DNA from: Polyangiales bacterium | GTDB taxonomy: Bacteria > Myxococcota_A > Polyangia > Polyangiales > Ga0077539 | Assembly (NCBI GenBank): GCA_046351535.1 | Contig: JAXLYG010000023.1 | Location: 1-64,000, forward strand | DNA length: 64,000 nt | Direction of reading: 5' to 3' | Part shown: positions 36,169 to 45,819 of the stretch, one piece after another | How the letters are laid out: each line of letters begins with the position of its first letter | How positions within the stretch are numbered: position 1 is the first letter of the stretch | The notes under the pieces: generated by a model | What the model was told of the DNA's origin: nothing | Databases searched by the model: none | What the model saw: the letters and a program-made list of their open reading frames with translations, nothing else | Position numbers and translations under genes: made by a program

Positions 36169-39100
36169 TCACTCCTTGCGTCGCGGCGCACCGGGCGGCG
36201 GAGGCACGTCGCCGCCCGAGGGGACGAAGGTCAACGCAGCGAGGGCGTCGAGCGAGGGCGCGTCGTCGGAGTCCGAGAGGCTCACCTCGACGTCACCCGC
36301 ATCGACCTCCTCGGCGTCCGAGACGCTCAGCTCGTCGAGGGCGTCGAAGGGAGAGGGTGCAGGCGGTGCAGACGCCTGGGGCTCCGCAGGAGGCGCAGGG
36401 GGCGCCGACATCCGCGGCAGCGGCGGCGGGAACGACGGCGACGGATCAGGCTGCGCAGCCGCGGCGACGGGCGCGATGGGCGCAGGCGCGGCGGGCCACA
36501 CGGGGCGAACCTCTTCGGCATCGGCGACGAACTCCGCCGACACCTCGGGCGCGTCGAGGAAGCTCTGCCCCGCAGGGTTCGCCTCGCTCACGCTGGGGAA
36601 CGAAGGCGGCGAGGGCATCCGCGGCGGAGACACCTGCGCGAGCGCGGCCCCGAGGTTCGCAGGCGGCGGCACCGTCGGCGTCTCGGCGACATCCTCGTGG
36701 AAGCGAAGCGGCGGGGCCTCGGCGCTCGCATCACCGAACGACGACGCGCCGAAGAGCGGCTGCGCGGCGGGCGCGACCGGCATCGCAGGAGGCGCCTCGT
36801 ACGCGGGCTGCTGCGCGTACTCGGGCTGCGCCGGATACTGCGGCGGCGCGACGAACTCGGCCTGCGCCGGGTACTGCGGCTGCGCTTCGTACTGCGGCTG
36901 GGCTTCGTACTGCGGCTGCGCTTCGTACTGCGGCGCGGCCTCGTACTGCGGCTGCGCCTCGTAGGTCTGCGCGACCTCGTACGAGGGCGCGGCGTCGAAC
37001 ATCACCGTGGGCGGATCGTCGGCGGGGATGTTCCCTCGCTGCGTGACGGAGCCCTGCTCCTCCTCGGGCGCCGACGGGACCACGGGCGTCGTCGTCGCGG
37101 GCTCCGCGGGAGCCTCCTCGAAGGCCATGAGGTCGGCCTCGATGATCGTGGGCCTGCGCTCCAGGCGTTCGAGCGCGGCCTTCGCCTCCTCGTCGCCGGG
37201 GGCCATCTTCAGCACGCGGCGCCAGATGTCGCGCGCTTCGAAGACGTTCTTGATCCGCGTCTCCCAGATCACCGCCATGCGACGCATCACCGCCGCGCGG
37301 TCTCCGCCCGCGTCGATCTCACGCTCGAGCGCCATGAGCAGCGGCTGCCAGCGCTCGTGACGCTCCAGCAATGACTGGAGCGCGCGCAGCACGTCGATGT
37401 CCTTGGGGGCGAGCTCGGCGAGCCGCTGGTACGCCTCGATGGCCTCCTCGACGCGACCGAGACGGTCGGCCAGGAGCGACGCGCGACGCCCCGTGTACGT
37501 GCGCGCGGTGCGAGCCTCGTAGGCCTCGTCGATCACCTTGCGGTAGAGGGTCACCACCTCGCCGAGACGGTCCGCGCGACCCGCGGCGTCTTCGAGCGCA
37601 GCGGCGCCGCGGACGTCATCGGGCCACACCGAGACCGCGCGGGTGTAGAGCCCGAGCGCGTGATCGAGGAGCGCGAGCTCCTGCTCACACAGCGCGCCGG
37701 CGCGACGGAGCAGCACGGCGCCCACGCGGGGGTTGTCTTCGACGGCGTCTTCCGCGAGGCGCGCGTAGCGCTCGACGAGGCCCGAGACCATGCCCGCGTC
37801 GGCGCGACGCTGGTCGGCCTGGATGCAGGCGTTCTCGACGCGCGCGAGCATCTCCTCGTCGGGCTCCTTGCGGCCCACGGCCTGACCGATGGCCTGCTCG
37901 ACGTACTGAAAGGCCGTCTCGCGGTCACCGAGCGAGCCGCCCGCGGTCTCGGCCGCGCGGAGCGTCACGCCGAAGCGCTCGGAGTCCGACTGCGCCGCCT
38001 TCTTGCGGCGATCGAAGGCCACGAAGAGGTCCGCGTGGCGCTTCGCGTTGGGCACCAGCCGCACCACCGCGTCGAGGATCTCGTCGTCGGCAGGCGCCTT
38101 CGCGAGCGCCGCGAGCGCGAACTCGAAGGCCTGCGCCCGGCCGCCGCTGCCCTCGATGGCGTTGAGGCCGCGCATCGAGAGCTCGTGCGCGAGCGTCGGA
38201 TCGGTGCACCCGTCGAGCGCGGCTTTGTACGCCTCGGCCACGCGCTGCGGGCGCTTGACCTTCGAAGCGAGCGCGTCGATGTGCGTGAGGTCCTCGGCGT
38301 CGACCTTGGCCACCGCGGCGCTCACCCACGCTTCGAAGGCCCCCTCCGGGTCACCGAGGAAGGTCTCCTTGCGCCGCGCCACCTCGCGCCAGAGCATCGA
38401 GCGCCCTTCGCGGTCGCTCACGCGGTTCGAGAGCTCCGAGAGGATCGGCACGAGCGCCGCGTGGAGGTCACGCTTGTTCGACAGGTCGAGCATCATCTCG
38501 ATGCACGCGACGTCGCCGCTCTTCACGGGCGCGATGAGCACCTCCCAGGCGCGGTGCGCGTCGTCGAGCTTCTCATCCGAGAGGTGCGCGATGCGCTGCG
38601 CGAGCTTCGAGATCTCCTCGTCGTCGCCCTCGATCTCGATGAGCTGATCGAGGTAGCCCACGGCCTCGCGGTAGCGCCCCTCGGCCTCGCACATGTCCGC
38701 GAGGCGCTGGATCACACCGAGGTCGCCCTGATCGGCGCGGTGCTGGATCTCGAGCGCCTTGATGATCGCCTCGGGCGTCTTGACCTCGCGCTCGACCATC
38801 GTCACGAGTCGCGAGGCGTGATCGGCGCGACGCTCGTCGTCCTCTTCGGGCGTGAGGTCGACCTGACGCTCGATGGCCTCCGACGCCACGTCCCAGCGAC
38901 GCGCTTCGAGGGCCATCTTCTCGAGGAGCTCCCAGGTCTCGGCGTGATCGGCGCCGTGCTCTCGCGCGGCCGCGGCGAGGGCGTCGACGGCCTCGTCGAC
39001 CCGACCGAGCTCCGTCGCGAGGAGCTGCGCGCGACGCTTGAGGATCTCGCGCTTCGCCTCGCGATCCTTCGCGGCGGCGGCGGCTTCGATGAAGAGCCCC

Positions 39101-41316
39101 GCGAGCGCCTCGTTGTCGCCCTTGAGCTCGGCGATGCCCATGAGCGCTTCGAGCGCCTCGGAGTCATCTCCGAGCGCGGCGCGCATCGAGACCTCGCGAA
39201 GCTCACGCCACACGCCCGACGCGGCCACGGCGTCCGAGAGTCCGACGACCCTCGCCGCGCGGCGCAGGAGCTCGACCTTCGCCTCTCCATCCGGCAGTCG
39301 CGCGGTGCGCTCACGCACGAACGCGAGGAGCCGCTCACGCTGCCCCGACGCTTCGAGCGCGTTCATCAGGGCGCCCGCGAGCGAGTCGTCATCGGGCGCC
39401 ATCTTCACGGCGCGCTCGGCCTCTTCGAGCGCGGTGGCGGTGTCGCCCATCGCCCGCGCGGCGTCGGCGGCCCTCGCATGGAGCGCGGCCCTCGCGGGAC
39501 CTTCAGGCAGCGCCTCGGCGCGGTTGACGAGCGTCGCGTAGAGCTCTGCGTTCTGTCCCGCGCGCGAGAGGAGCCGTTCGAGCGTGGCCCAGCCTTCGGG
39601 GTACTCGGGGTTGCGACCCACGACCTCGCGCCACGCCTCGATGGCCTCGGGGAGCTGCCCCGCCTCTTCGCGCGCCGCGCCGAGCTCGGCCTGACGCTGC
39701 GTGATGTTCTCTTCGGTCGCGACGTCGACGCGCGCGCGCATCACATCGGCCGCGCCCGCGGGGTCACCCGAGTCGCGGCGGGCGCGCGCGAGCTTCAGCG
39801 CGACGGCGTCATCGTCGGGCGTGAGGTCCCACACCATCGCGAGGATGAGCGCCTCGCTCGACGGATCCTCGCGGCGCTCGCGGTGAACCTCGGCGAGCTT
39901 GAGCAGCGTGTCGCGCCGCTCCGTCGCATCGGGAACGAGGTCGGCGCACTGGCCGAGCACGTCGGCGTAGGCCTCCCACTGGCCGCTGCGTTCGAAGAGG
40001 GCCCCGAGGGCGCGCAGCGCGTCGAGGTCCGTGGGGATCGTCTCGACGACCTCGCGCCACGCCTCGATGGCCGACTCGACGTCGTTGAGGTTCTCGGCGT
40101 TGACCTTGCCGAGCTCGCGCAGCTTCGGGATGCGCACGTCGGGCGGGCATCCCGGCGAGCGCACCGCGTTGGCGATGAGGTCGCGCAGCTCTTCGAACTG
40201 CCCCTTCGCGCGGAGGTCGTCTTCGACGAGGGTGAGCGCGTCGGTGTCCGCGGGCGACTGCGCCAGCACGGCGCGCATCGTCGCGAGCATCGAGGCCCTG
40301 TCGCCGTGGGCTCCCTGGAGCACGGCGAGATCTTTCATGTCTTGCAGGCGCTGCTCGTCGCTCGACGAGGGCGCGAGCTGATCGATGAGGGCCGCGAGGT
40401 CCTGCACGCGGCCCGCCTGGCGGTAGAGCGCCGCGAGCTGGCGCGCGAGCGAGGGGTCGTCGTTGATGAGCGGTTCGAGGCAGGTGATGGCGTCGTCGAC
40501 CTGACCGACGGCGGCGTACATCTCCGCGAGGCTGCGGCGGATCGACGGCGTGTACGGGCTCGTGGGGTTCGTCGTGACGAAGGCGATCTGTCGTACGGCG
40601 AGGTCTTCGCCGCGGCCCGCGTTCGTGTAGGCCTCGTGAACGACCTGATAGGCCATTTCATCGCCGGGGTATGTGTCGAGCGCGATCTCGGCGAAGGCGA
40701 GCCCGTGCTCGGGGCCCATCGCTTGCGAGAGCGCGCCGAGCAGCGAGGCCGCGCGCGGCGCGTCGTCGGGCTGCGCCTGCGGAGACTGCGACCGCGCGAT
40801 GAGCGCCTCGGAGAGGTCGCGCATCACGTCCCAGTCGTCGGGCGAGAGCGAGTAGAGCTCTTCGAGGCACGCGATGCGACGGCCCGTGTCGTTGGCCTGC
40901 GCGTAGATGCCCGCGGCCTCGCGCAGCCTCGGGAGCCTCAAGAGCGGGTCGGAGATCGCGTTGAGGACGCGCTCCAGCAGCGGCGACGCGGCGCGGAGGT
41001 TCCCGATCTGGACGTAGATCTGGTAGCAGGCTTCGAGCGCGGGGAGCAGCGACGGATCGAGCTCGAACGCGCGCTTGTAGCAGGCCACCGCTTTGTCCGG
41101 TCGACCTACGTTCTTCGCCCAGATCTCGCCTGCCCGGTAGAAGAGATCCGCGGAAGACGCGGGGTCCGGGCGTCTCCCTGCGATCTGCTCGGCGAGCGTC
41201 GCGAGCTGTTGAAACTCCCCTCTCGACGCATAGTAGTCCCAGAGGAACGCGAGCGACTCGGCGTCATCGGGGTTGGCGCGCAGACGCTCGTAGTAGGCGT
41301 AGATCGTTGGGTCCAT
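36169..41316 (-). CDS. giant tetratricopeptide-repeat (TPR) protein, 1715 aa, with Pro/Ala/Gln-rich C-terminal tail
   Basis: Dozens of TPR-like helical hairpins (…AVACYKRAFELDPSLLPALEACYQIYVQIGNL…). The C-terminal ~350 aa are low-complexity and contain tandem YEAQPQ hexapeptides. Confidence 0.85.
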   Translation of the reverse strand: MDPTIYAYYERLRANPDDAESLAFLWDYYASRGEFQQLATLAEQIAGRRPDPASSADLFYRAGEIWAKNVGRPDKAVACYKRAFELDPSLLPALEACYQIYVQIGNLRAASPLLERVLNAISDPLLRLPRLREAAGIYAQANDTGRRIACLEELYSLSPDDWDVMRDLSEALIARSQSPQAQPDDAPRAASLLGALSQAMGPEHGLAFAEIALDTYPGDEMAYQVVHEAYTNAGRGEDLAVRQIAFVTTNPTSPYTPSIRRSLAEMYAAVGQVDDAITCLEPLINDDPSLARQLAALYRQAGRVQDLAALIDQLAPSSSDEQRLQDMKDLAVLQGAHGDRASMLATMRAVLAQSPADTDALTLVEDDLRAKGQFEELRDLIANAVRSPGCPPDVRIPKLRELGKVNAENLNDVESAIEAWREVVETIPTDLDALRALGALFERSGQWEAYADVLGQCADLVPDATERRDTLLKLAEVHRERREDPSSEALILAMVWDLTPDDDAVALKLARARRDSGDPAGAADVMRARVDVATEENITQRQAELGAAREEAGQLPEAIEAWREVVGRNPEYPEGWATLERLLSRAGQNAELYATLVNRAEALPEGPARAALHARAADAARAMGDTATALEEAERAVKMAPDDDSLAGALMNALEASGQRERLLAFVRERTARLPDGEAKVELLRRAARVVGLSDAVAASGVWRELREVSMRAALGDDSEALEALMGIAELKGDNEALAGLFIEAAAAAKDREAKREILKRRAQLLATELGRVDEAVDALAAAAREHGADHAETWELLEKMALEARRWDVASEAIERQVDLTPEEDDERRADHASRLVTMVEREVKTPEAIIKALEIQHRADQGDLGVIQRLADMCEAEGRYREAVGYLDQLIEIEGDDEEISKLAQRIAHLSDEKLDDAHRAWEVLIAPVKSGDVACIEMMLDLSNKRDLHAALVPILSELSNRVSDREGRSMLWREVARRKETFLGDPEGAFEAWVSAAVAKVDAEDLTHIDALASKVKRPQRVAEAYKAALDGCTDPTLAHELSMRGLNAIEGSGGRAQAFEFALAALAKAPADDEILDAVVRLVPNAKRHADLFVAFDRRKKAAQSDSERFGVTLRAAETAGGSLGDRETAFQYVEQAIGQAVGRKEPDEEMLARVENACIQADQRRADAGMVSGLVERYARLAEDAVEDNPRVGAVLLRRAGALCEQELALLDHALGLYTRAVSVWPDDVRGAAALEDAAGRADRLGEVVTLYRKVIDEAYEARTARTYTGRRASLLADRLGRVEEAIEAYQRLAELAPKDIDVLRALQSLLERHERWQPLLMALEREIDAGGDRAAVMRRMAVIWETRIKNVFEARDIWRRVLKMAPGDEEAKAALERLERRPTIIEADLMAFEEAPAEPATTTPVVPSAPEEEQGSVTQRGNIPADDPPTVMFDAAPSYEVAQTYEAQPQYEAAPQYEAQPQYEAQPQYEAQPQYPAQAEFVAPPQYPAQPEYAQQPAYEAPPAMPVAPAAQPLFGASSFGDASAEAPPLRFHEDVAETPTVPPPANLGAALAQVSPPRMPSPPSFPSVSEANPAGQSFLDAPEVSAEFVADAEEVRPVWPAAPAPIAPVAAAAQPDPSPSFPPPLPRMSAPPAPPAEPQASAPPAPSPFDALDELSVSDAEEVDAGDVEVSLSDSDDAPSLDALAALTFVPSGGDVPPPPGAPRRKE
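36800..36965. repeat. 15/18-bp tandem repeat encoding (YEAQPQ)n inside the TPR gene
   Basis: ctgcgcttcgtactgcgg units repeated ~8 times on the plus strand (minus-strand sense QYEAQP). Confidence 0.75.
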
Positions 41317-41382
41317 CGCGAGCGGCGCGACGGTATCACGCTGCGACCCGGCCGGAACAACTCCCGTCGAGCCTTCGAAGTG

Positions 41383-42786
41383 TTACCGGAACACGGCGCT
41401 CGACCGGCCTCTGCGGGTGCCTCGGGGCCTTCGCACCGCGAGCCTGCGGGGCCTCTCCCTCGGACTCGGATCCGCTTCGGGCGCGCGTCGCGCGTGCAGC
41501 ACCGACTCGCTCCGAACGCTCGCTTCTGCGGCTCCTGCGACGGCTTCGACGGGGAGCAACATCGCAGCGTCGGCGTCGCGGAGCGTGCGAGACCACGCCC
41601 GGGTCATCCTCCGATCGCCTCCTCCGTCGCGGGGCATGAGCCCTGCGCTGACGTGTACGGCGGGCGCATCGGGCGAGGCCCTGTGTGAATTGACCGTCCA
41701 CAGCGGGAGGTATCCCGCCGACGCGACGGCGAGGCGCTCACCCCTGCGTTCGAAGCGCAGCACGGCGAGCAGGCCCGCGCGGGTCCTCGCGTCGAGCGAC
41801 ACGTGGGGATGCCTGAGGTCTTCGAGGAGCGCTGCCTCGGCGTTGGCGCCCTGATTCGAAACCAGGTTGCCGAGCGAGTAGTAGAGCGGAACGAGCCTGC
41901 CCCCCGCGTCGATCCACTCGGCGCGCAGCGGGACGTGGGGGTGGTGACCGATCACCGCGTCTGCGCCGGCCTCGGCGACGCGACGAAAGAACGCGCGCTC
42001 CACGGGCGCGACGCGGTCCTGATACTCGCTGCCTGCGTGGAGCGAGACCATCACCGCGCCGCAGCGCGCACGGGCCTCTCGCACGGCGCGAAGGAAGCGC
42101 TCCTCCTCGGCGGGGACCTCGGGCCTCGCGATGGCGACACGCGCGCGATCGGGTCCGGGGATCTCCATGTCGAAGTTGAGGAGGCGCGTCGCGGCGAGCA
42201 CGCAGAGCGTCGAGCCCGCGAGCGGAAACACCTGCGGCGTGAGGGGATCCTCGCCCGCGAGCGCGGCGCCCACGGGGGTGACGTGACGGCTACGAAGCGC
42301 GCGCACGGTCTCGTCGACGCCCGCGACGCCCTGATCGAAGACGTGGTTGTTGGCCGACGACACCGCGTCGACGCCCGCCACGGTGAGCGCGTCGAGGAAC
42401 GCGGGATGCACGTTGAAGCGCATCTGCTCGCGCGACACGGGACGCGACGCGGCCACCGGGGTCTCGAGGTTCACGAGCGCGAGGTCCGCCGCGCGCAGCA
42501 CCGGCGCGACGGGCGCGAGGAGCGCGAAGGTCCCGTAGGCATCGACCGCATCGAGCACCTCGGCGTGCGGAACGAGGTCTCCCGCGAAGACCACCGTCGC
42601 GGCGGTCGGCGGCTCCTCCGCGGAGGCAGCGGGGAGCTCCCGCACGGACTCGGTGACGATGGGCGCGGTGAGCGCGGCGCTGATTGCGGTCGCGCGAACG
42701 GCCACCGACGGACGCGGATCCGCGTACGCGGACGACGCGCCGAGGAGCGCGCACACGAGCGAGAGGAGGGTGGTCGAGCGGCCCAC
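41383..42786 (-). CDS. CapA/PgsA-like metallophosphatase (poly-gamma-glutamate capsule biosynthesis family), secreted
   Basis: Signal peptide (LLSLVCALLGASSAYADP). Calcineurin-like motifs (VVFAGDLVPH; LALVNLETP; SSANNHVFDQG; IGHHPHV). Confidence 0.75.
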   Translation of the reverse strand: MGRSTTLLSLVCALLGASSAYADPRPSVAVRATAISAALTAPIVTESVRELPAASAEEPPTAATVVFAGDLVPHAEVLDAVDAYGTFALLAPVAPVLRAADLALVNLETPVAASRPVSREQMRFNVHPAFLDALTVAGVDAVSSANNHVFDQGVAGVDETVRALRSRHVTPVGAALAGEDPLTPQVFPLAGSTLCVLAATRLLNFDMEIPGPDRARVAIARPEVPAEEERFLRAVREARARCGAVMVSLHAGSEYQDRVAPVERAFFRRVAEAGADAVIGHHPHVPLRAEWIDAGGRLVPLYYSLGNLVSNQGANAEAALLEDLRHPHVSLDARTRAGLLAVLRFERRGERLAVASAGYLPLWTVNSHRASPDAPAVHVSAGLMPRDGGGDRRMTRAWSRTLRDADAAMLLPVEAVAGAAEASVRSESVLHARRAPEADPSPRERPRRLAVRRPRGTRRGRSSAVFR

Positions 42787-42825
42787 GTCGTCGCCGGTAT
42801 CACGGCGCGAAGTGGAAGGTGAAAT

Positions 42826-43682
42826 TCAGTGCTGACCGGTGAGGACCTGCGCGGGCGCGGTGAGGATCTGCGTGGGGTTGGCGCCCTGCACGCCGGGGAT
42901 CGGGAGCCCCTGCCCTCCCCCGTTGTTGAGACCGGGAACGGGCACCGGGAAGGTGTTCTGCGACGACTGCCCGCCCGCGATGCCGGGGATGGGCACGCCG
43001 GGGATCGGTCCCGCGCTCGCGCCGTTGTTCATGCCGGGGATCGCAGGCGTCGGGATCGCCGGAGGACGCCCCGTGCCCGACTGGAACCACGACTGCCCCA
43101 TCGAGCGCGCGCCCGCATAGACAGCCTGTGCGGCGGCCATGCAGGGCGTCTCGAGGAGCCCGCGATGCTCCGAGCGACAGATCGCGTTGAGGTCTTCGTG
43201 GAGGCGGTCGTCGATGCGCGTGCGACGGCCCTCGGTGCGGTCGAGGGCGAGGCCGGTGCCGCCATAGTTCCGGTAGCCGAAATCGTGGCGGTTGCAGGCG
43301 CGGTTGAAGCTCTCGCGGAACGGCCCGCTGATCTCCCCGAAGGAGCACCCGTCGGCCGACCAGTCGAAGGGCGGCGGATGGAGCGCGCGCATGTTCTGAA
43401 AGGTCTCGAGCGGGAGGTTCATGTACCCGTCGGCGGTCATCACGAGGAGCTGCCTCGGCGCATTGGCCGGGAGCGGCGTTCCGAGCGCGGTTCCGCGCGA
43501 GCGCGTGGCGCGACCGCGGGAGCGACCCGACGAGGCCGTGGCGGGGCTGTTGCCGAGCGCGCCGTTCATCACGTTGGTGGCCGCCCCGACCATCTGATCG
43601 ATGGGGACGTTCTGCGCAGAGACCGTGGGCGAGAGGGCCGCGACGGCGACCCCGAGCGTGAAGGCCGTGACGTACGTTCGCA
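42826..43682 (-). CDS. secreted prokaryotic phospholipase A2 (Phospholip_A2_3-like) with Pro/Gly-rich C-terminal tail
   Basis: ATG near 43682 (MRTYVTAFTLGVAVAALSPTVSAQ). DGCSFGEISGPFRESFNRACNRHDFGYRNYG matches the catalytic His-Asp segment of Streptomyces-type secreted PLA2 (…ACARHDFGYRNY…). C-terminal IPGxx repeats. Confidence 0.75.
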
Positions 43683-43719
43683 TGGCGGGCAACGGTGCTC
43701 GAAAGAGGGGCGCCGTGCA

Positions 43720-44576
43720 ACCCTCTCCCCGTCCCTCTCCCGCGAAGCGGGAGAGGGTGCCCGTTGGTAGCTGCCATGCCCTCACCCCGCCCTCTCCCGC
43801 CAGAGGCGGGAGAGGGAGTCCGCGAGGCGACCCCGTCGCGCAGCGCCACGCAGGAAGCCTGGCACCGCGTCACCGTGTCGCGCGACGCGCCTGTCACAGC
43901 CCCACGCGCGAAGCGAACGCGCGACACGGCGGCGCGGCAACGAGCGCGCGGTCATCGCCCTCCGCCATCGCCGCGCTGTCTGTCATCGCCCTCCGCCCGT
44001 CGCCGCGTCTCGTCGCGTGACGTCTCCCTCTCCCGCCAGAGGAGTCTGACCGCCATTGGGGAGTTGACGGCGCCAGACGCTTCCCGTCGCGCCTGGGGTT
44101 CGGCCCGCGTGAGAGGGACGCGCGTGACGCGCCCAGGGCTCGCCCCCCGAGGGATGTACGCGATCGGGGGGCTCGGCCTGGGCTTCATCAAGGCACGGAT
44201 CACCGGTCTTCGACCGGTTCAGAAGGCATGGCGAGGCTCTCTCTGCTGAACCCTCGAAGAGGGTGATCCGTGCCTCGTCATAGCCCTGGCTGAGCCCCCG
44301 ATCGTGTACATCCCTTGGGGGGCGAACCCTGGGCGCGTCACGCGCGTATCTCCCTGGGCGCGTCACGCGCGTATCTCCCTGGGCGCGTCACGCGCGTATC
44401 TCCCTGGGCGCGTCACGCGCGTCCCTCTCACGCGGGCCGAACCCCAGGCGCGACGGGAAGCGTCTGGCGCCGTCAACTCCCCAATGGCGGTCAGACTCCT
44501 CTGGCGGGAGAGGGCGGGGTGAGGGCATGCCAGCTACCAACGGGCACCCGACTCCCGCTTCGCGGGAGAGGGACGG
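43720..44576. repeat. non-coding nested inverted-repeat element (outer arms ~43720-43820 / 44505-44576; inner ~117-bp arms 44019-44137 / 44404-44520)
   Basis: Direct reverse-complement matches were found by eye. gacgtctccctctcccgccagaggagtctgaccgccattggggagttgacggcgccagacgcttcccgtcgcgcctggggttcggcccgcgtgagagggacgcgcgtgacgcgcccagg (44019-) reappears as its reverse complement at 44404-. The outer arm ggtgcccgttggtagctgccatgccctcaccccgccctctcccgcc matches the reverse complement of 44520-44565 with 1 mismatch. Only R/A/G-rich spurious ORFs overlap the region. Confidence 0.8.
44328..44427. repeat. 4 x 25-bp perfect tandem repeat (cctgggcgcgtcacgcgcgtatctc) within the inverted-repeat element
   Basis: Read directly in the sequence. 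The unit duplicates the distal end of the inner inverted repeat. Confidence 0.85.
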
Positions 44577-44584
44577 GGTGAGGG

Positions 44585-45145
44585 TCAGTGGTTGTCAGTC
44601 CCGGTCTTCGCGGGCGCGTGGGCGTCGTTGGCGGGCGCGCTGACCTTCATCTCGGCGCGGACCTTCGAGGCCCTCGCGAGGCCCTGTGCGACGGAGGCGC
44701 CGTGCGCTTCGACGTAGTCCCGCACGCCGCCGTAGCTCTCGGCGGGAATGCGTCCCCGCTCGATCCTGCGGGTGACCTCCTCGTAGGCTTCGCGGAGCAT
44801 GGCGTCGGCCTTCGGCTCGATCACGGCGCGGCGGGCCTCGACGTATTGCCGCAGCGCTTCGAGGCGCGCGAGAAAGCTCCAGATCGCATCGAGCTCGTTG
44901 GCGACGGCGCCGCACCGCTGTTGAGAGGGCGCGAGATCGCCGAGGTCTTCGCCGTTCACCTCGATCTCGCGCAGCCCGCGGAGGCACTCCGCGCGATTGC
45001 CCTCGGCGATGCGCCACTTGCTGTCGCCCGCGGCTTCGAGCACCTCCTTGCGATCACCAGGGACCACGGGCAGTTGCGCCACGCTCATCGACTGCCCACC
45101 GAACACGATCACGCCGTTGATCGGCGTCTGCAACGTCGTCGCCAT
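44585..45145 (-). CDS. hypothetical protein (186 aa)
   Basis: ATG at 45145 (MATTLQTPINGVIVFGGQSMSVAQLPVVPGDRKEVLEAAGDSKWRIAEGNRAECLRG...). Mixed composition, no family recognised. A hairpin repeat lies immediately 3' of the stop. Confidence 0.55.
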   Translation of the reverse strand: MATTLQTPINGVIVFGGQSMSVAQLPVVPGDRKEVLEAAGDSKWRIAEGNRAECLRGLREIEVNGEDLGDLAPSQQRCGAVANELDAIWSFLARLEALRQYVEARRAVIEPKADAMLREAYEEVTRRIERGRIPAESYGGVRDYVEAHGASVAQGLARASKVRAEMKVSAPANDAHAPAKTGTDNH

Positions 45146-45405
45146 CGGACACTCCGCGAGCGAACCGCCGCCGTCGAACGCACCGCGCGCCCTCCTCCGC
45201 AGTCACTCACAAGAGGCGGGAACGGCCACGTCTCGGAGTTCTTGAACGCTTTTTGAATTTTTCTCTCCGTCCCTCCCATGCGTCATGAGGATGCGCGCTC
45301 GACGCGGCGCGTCTCTCCGAAGATGTGATTTTTCGTGTGAGGTCACGAAGGAACGAAGCATCGGGTACCTCTCCCCCGCGTCGCGCGTCTGCGAAGCGAT
45401 GCCGG

Positions 45406-45768
45406 TCACGTCCGCCGCGCGCGTCTTCGAAGCGCCGCGTTGGGGAACTCCGGGAGCACCGCACCATCCCGCGCGACCGCGCGCACGATCCAGAGAACCC
45501 CGGCGAGGAGCACGGCCCGGCCGGAGCGTTCCTTCAGCTCCCTCCACGAGATGGCATCGTGGTCGAAGCCGGGGTAGGTCACGCAGAACGAGGGGAGGCT
45601 CGCGTCGTCGACGGTGACGCCCACCGTGGCCTCGCTGTCGGAGAACGCCAGCACGAGCGTGTCGCCCTGGATCTCCCCACGCACCGCGTCACCGCAGACG
45701 GCCCTGATCTCCGCGAGGACCTCAGCGAGCATTCCCGCCTCCGCTGCATTCACGGCCCGCGGTCCCAC
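45406..45768 (-). CDS. possible small hypothetical protein (120 aa)
   Basis: ATG start. Contains W/Y/F/C (SLPSFCVTYPGFDHDAISWRELKERSG). No family recognised. Confidence 0.35.
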   Translation of the reverse strand: MGPRAVNAAEAGMLAEVLAEIRAVCGDAVRGEIQGDTLVLAFSDSEATVGVTVDDASLPSFCVTYPGFDHDAISWRELKERSGRAVLLAGVLWIVRAVARDGAVLPEFPNAALRRRARRT

Positions 45769-45819
45769 GCGGGTCGCGGTGTCGAGCCGAGCACGATCGC
45801 GCGGCGATCGCGTCGCGGT

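Noticed and set aside
44328-44427. Possible CRISPR array
   Set aside because: The four 25-bp units are directly adjacent with no spacers, and they sit inside a larger inverted-repeat structure. This is not a CRISPR repeat-spacer architecture, and no cas genes are nearby.
45150-45300. Sigma-54 promoter in the AT-richer stretch (ttgaacgctttttgaatttttc)
   Set aside because: No TGGCAC-N5-TTGC match on either strand. It is retained only as a generic AT-rich promoter-like region for gene 44585..45145.
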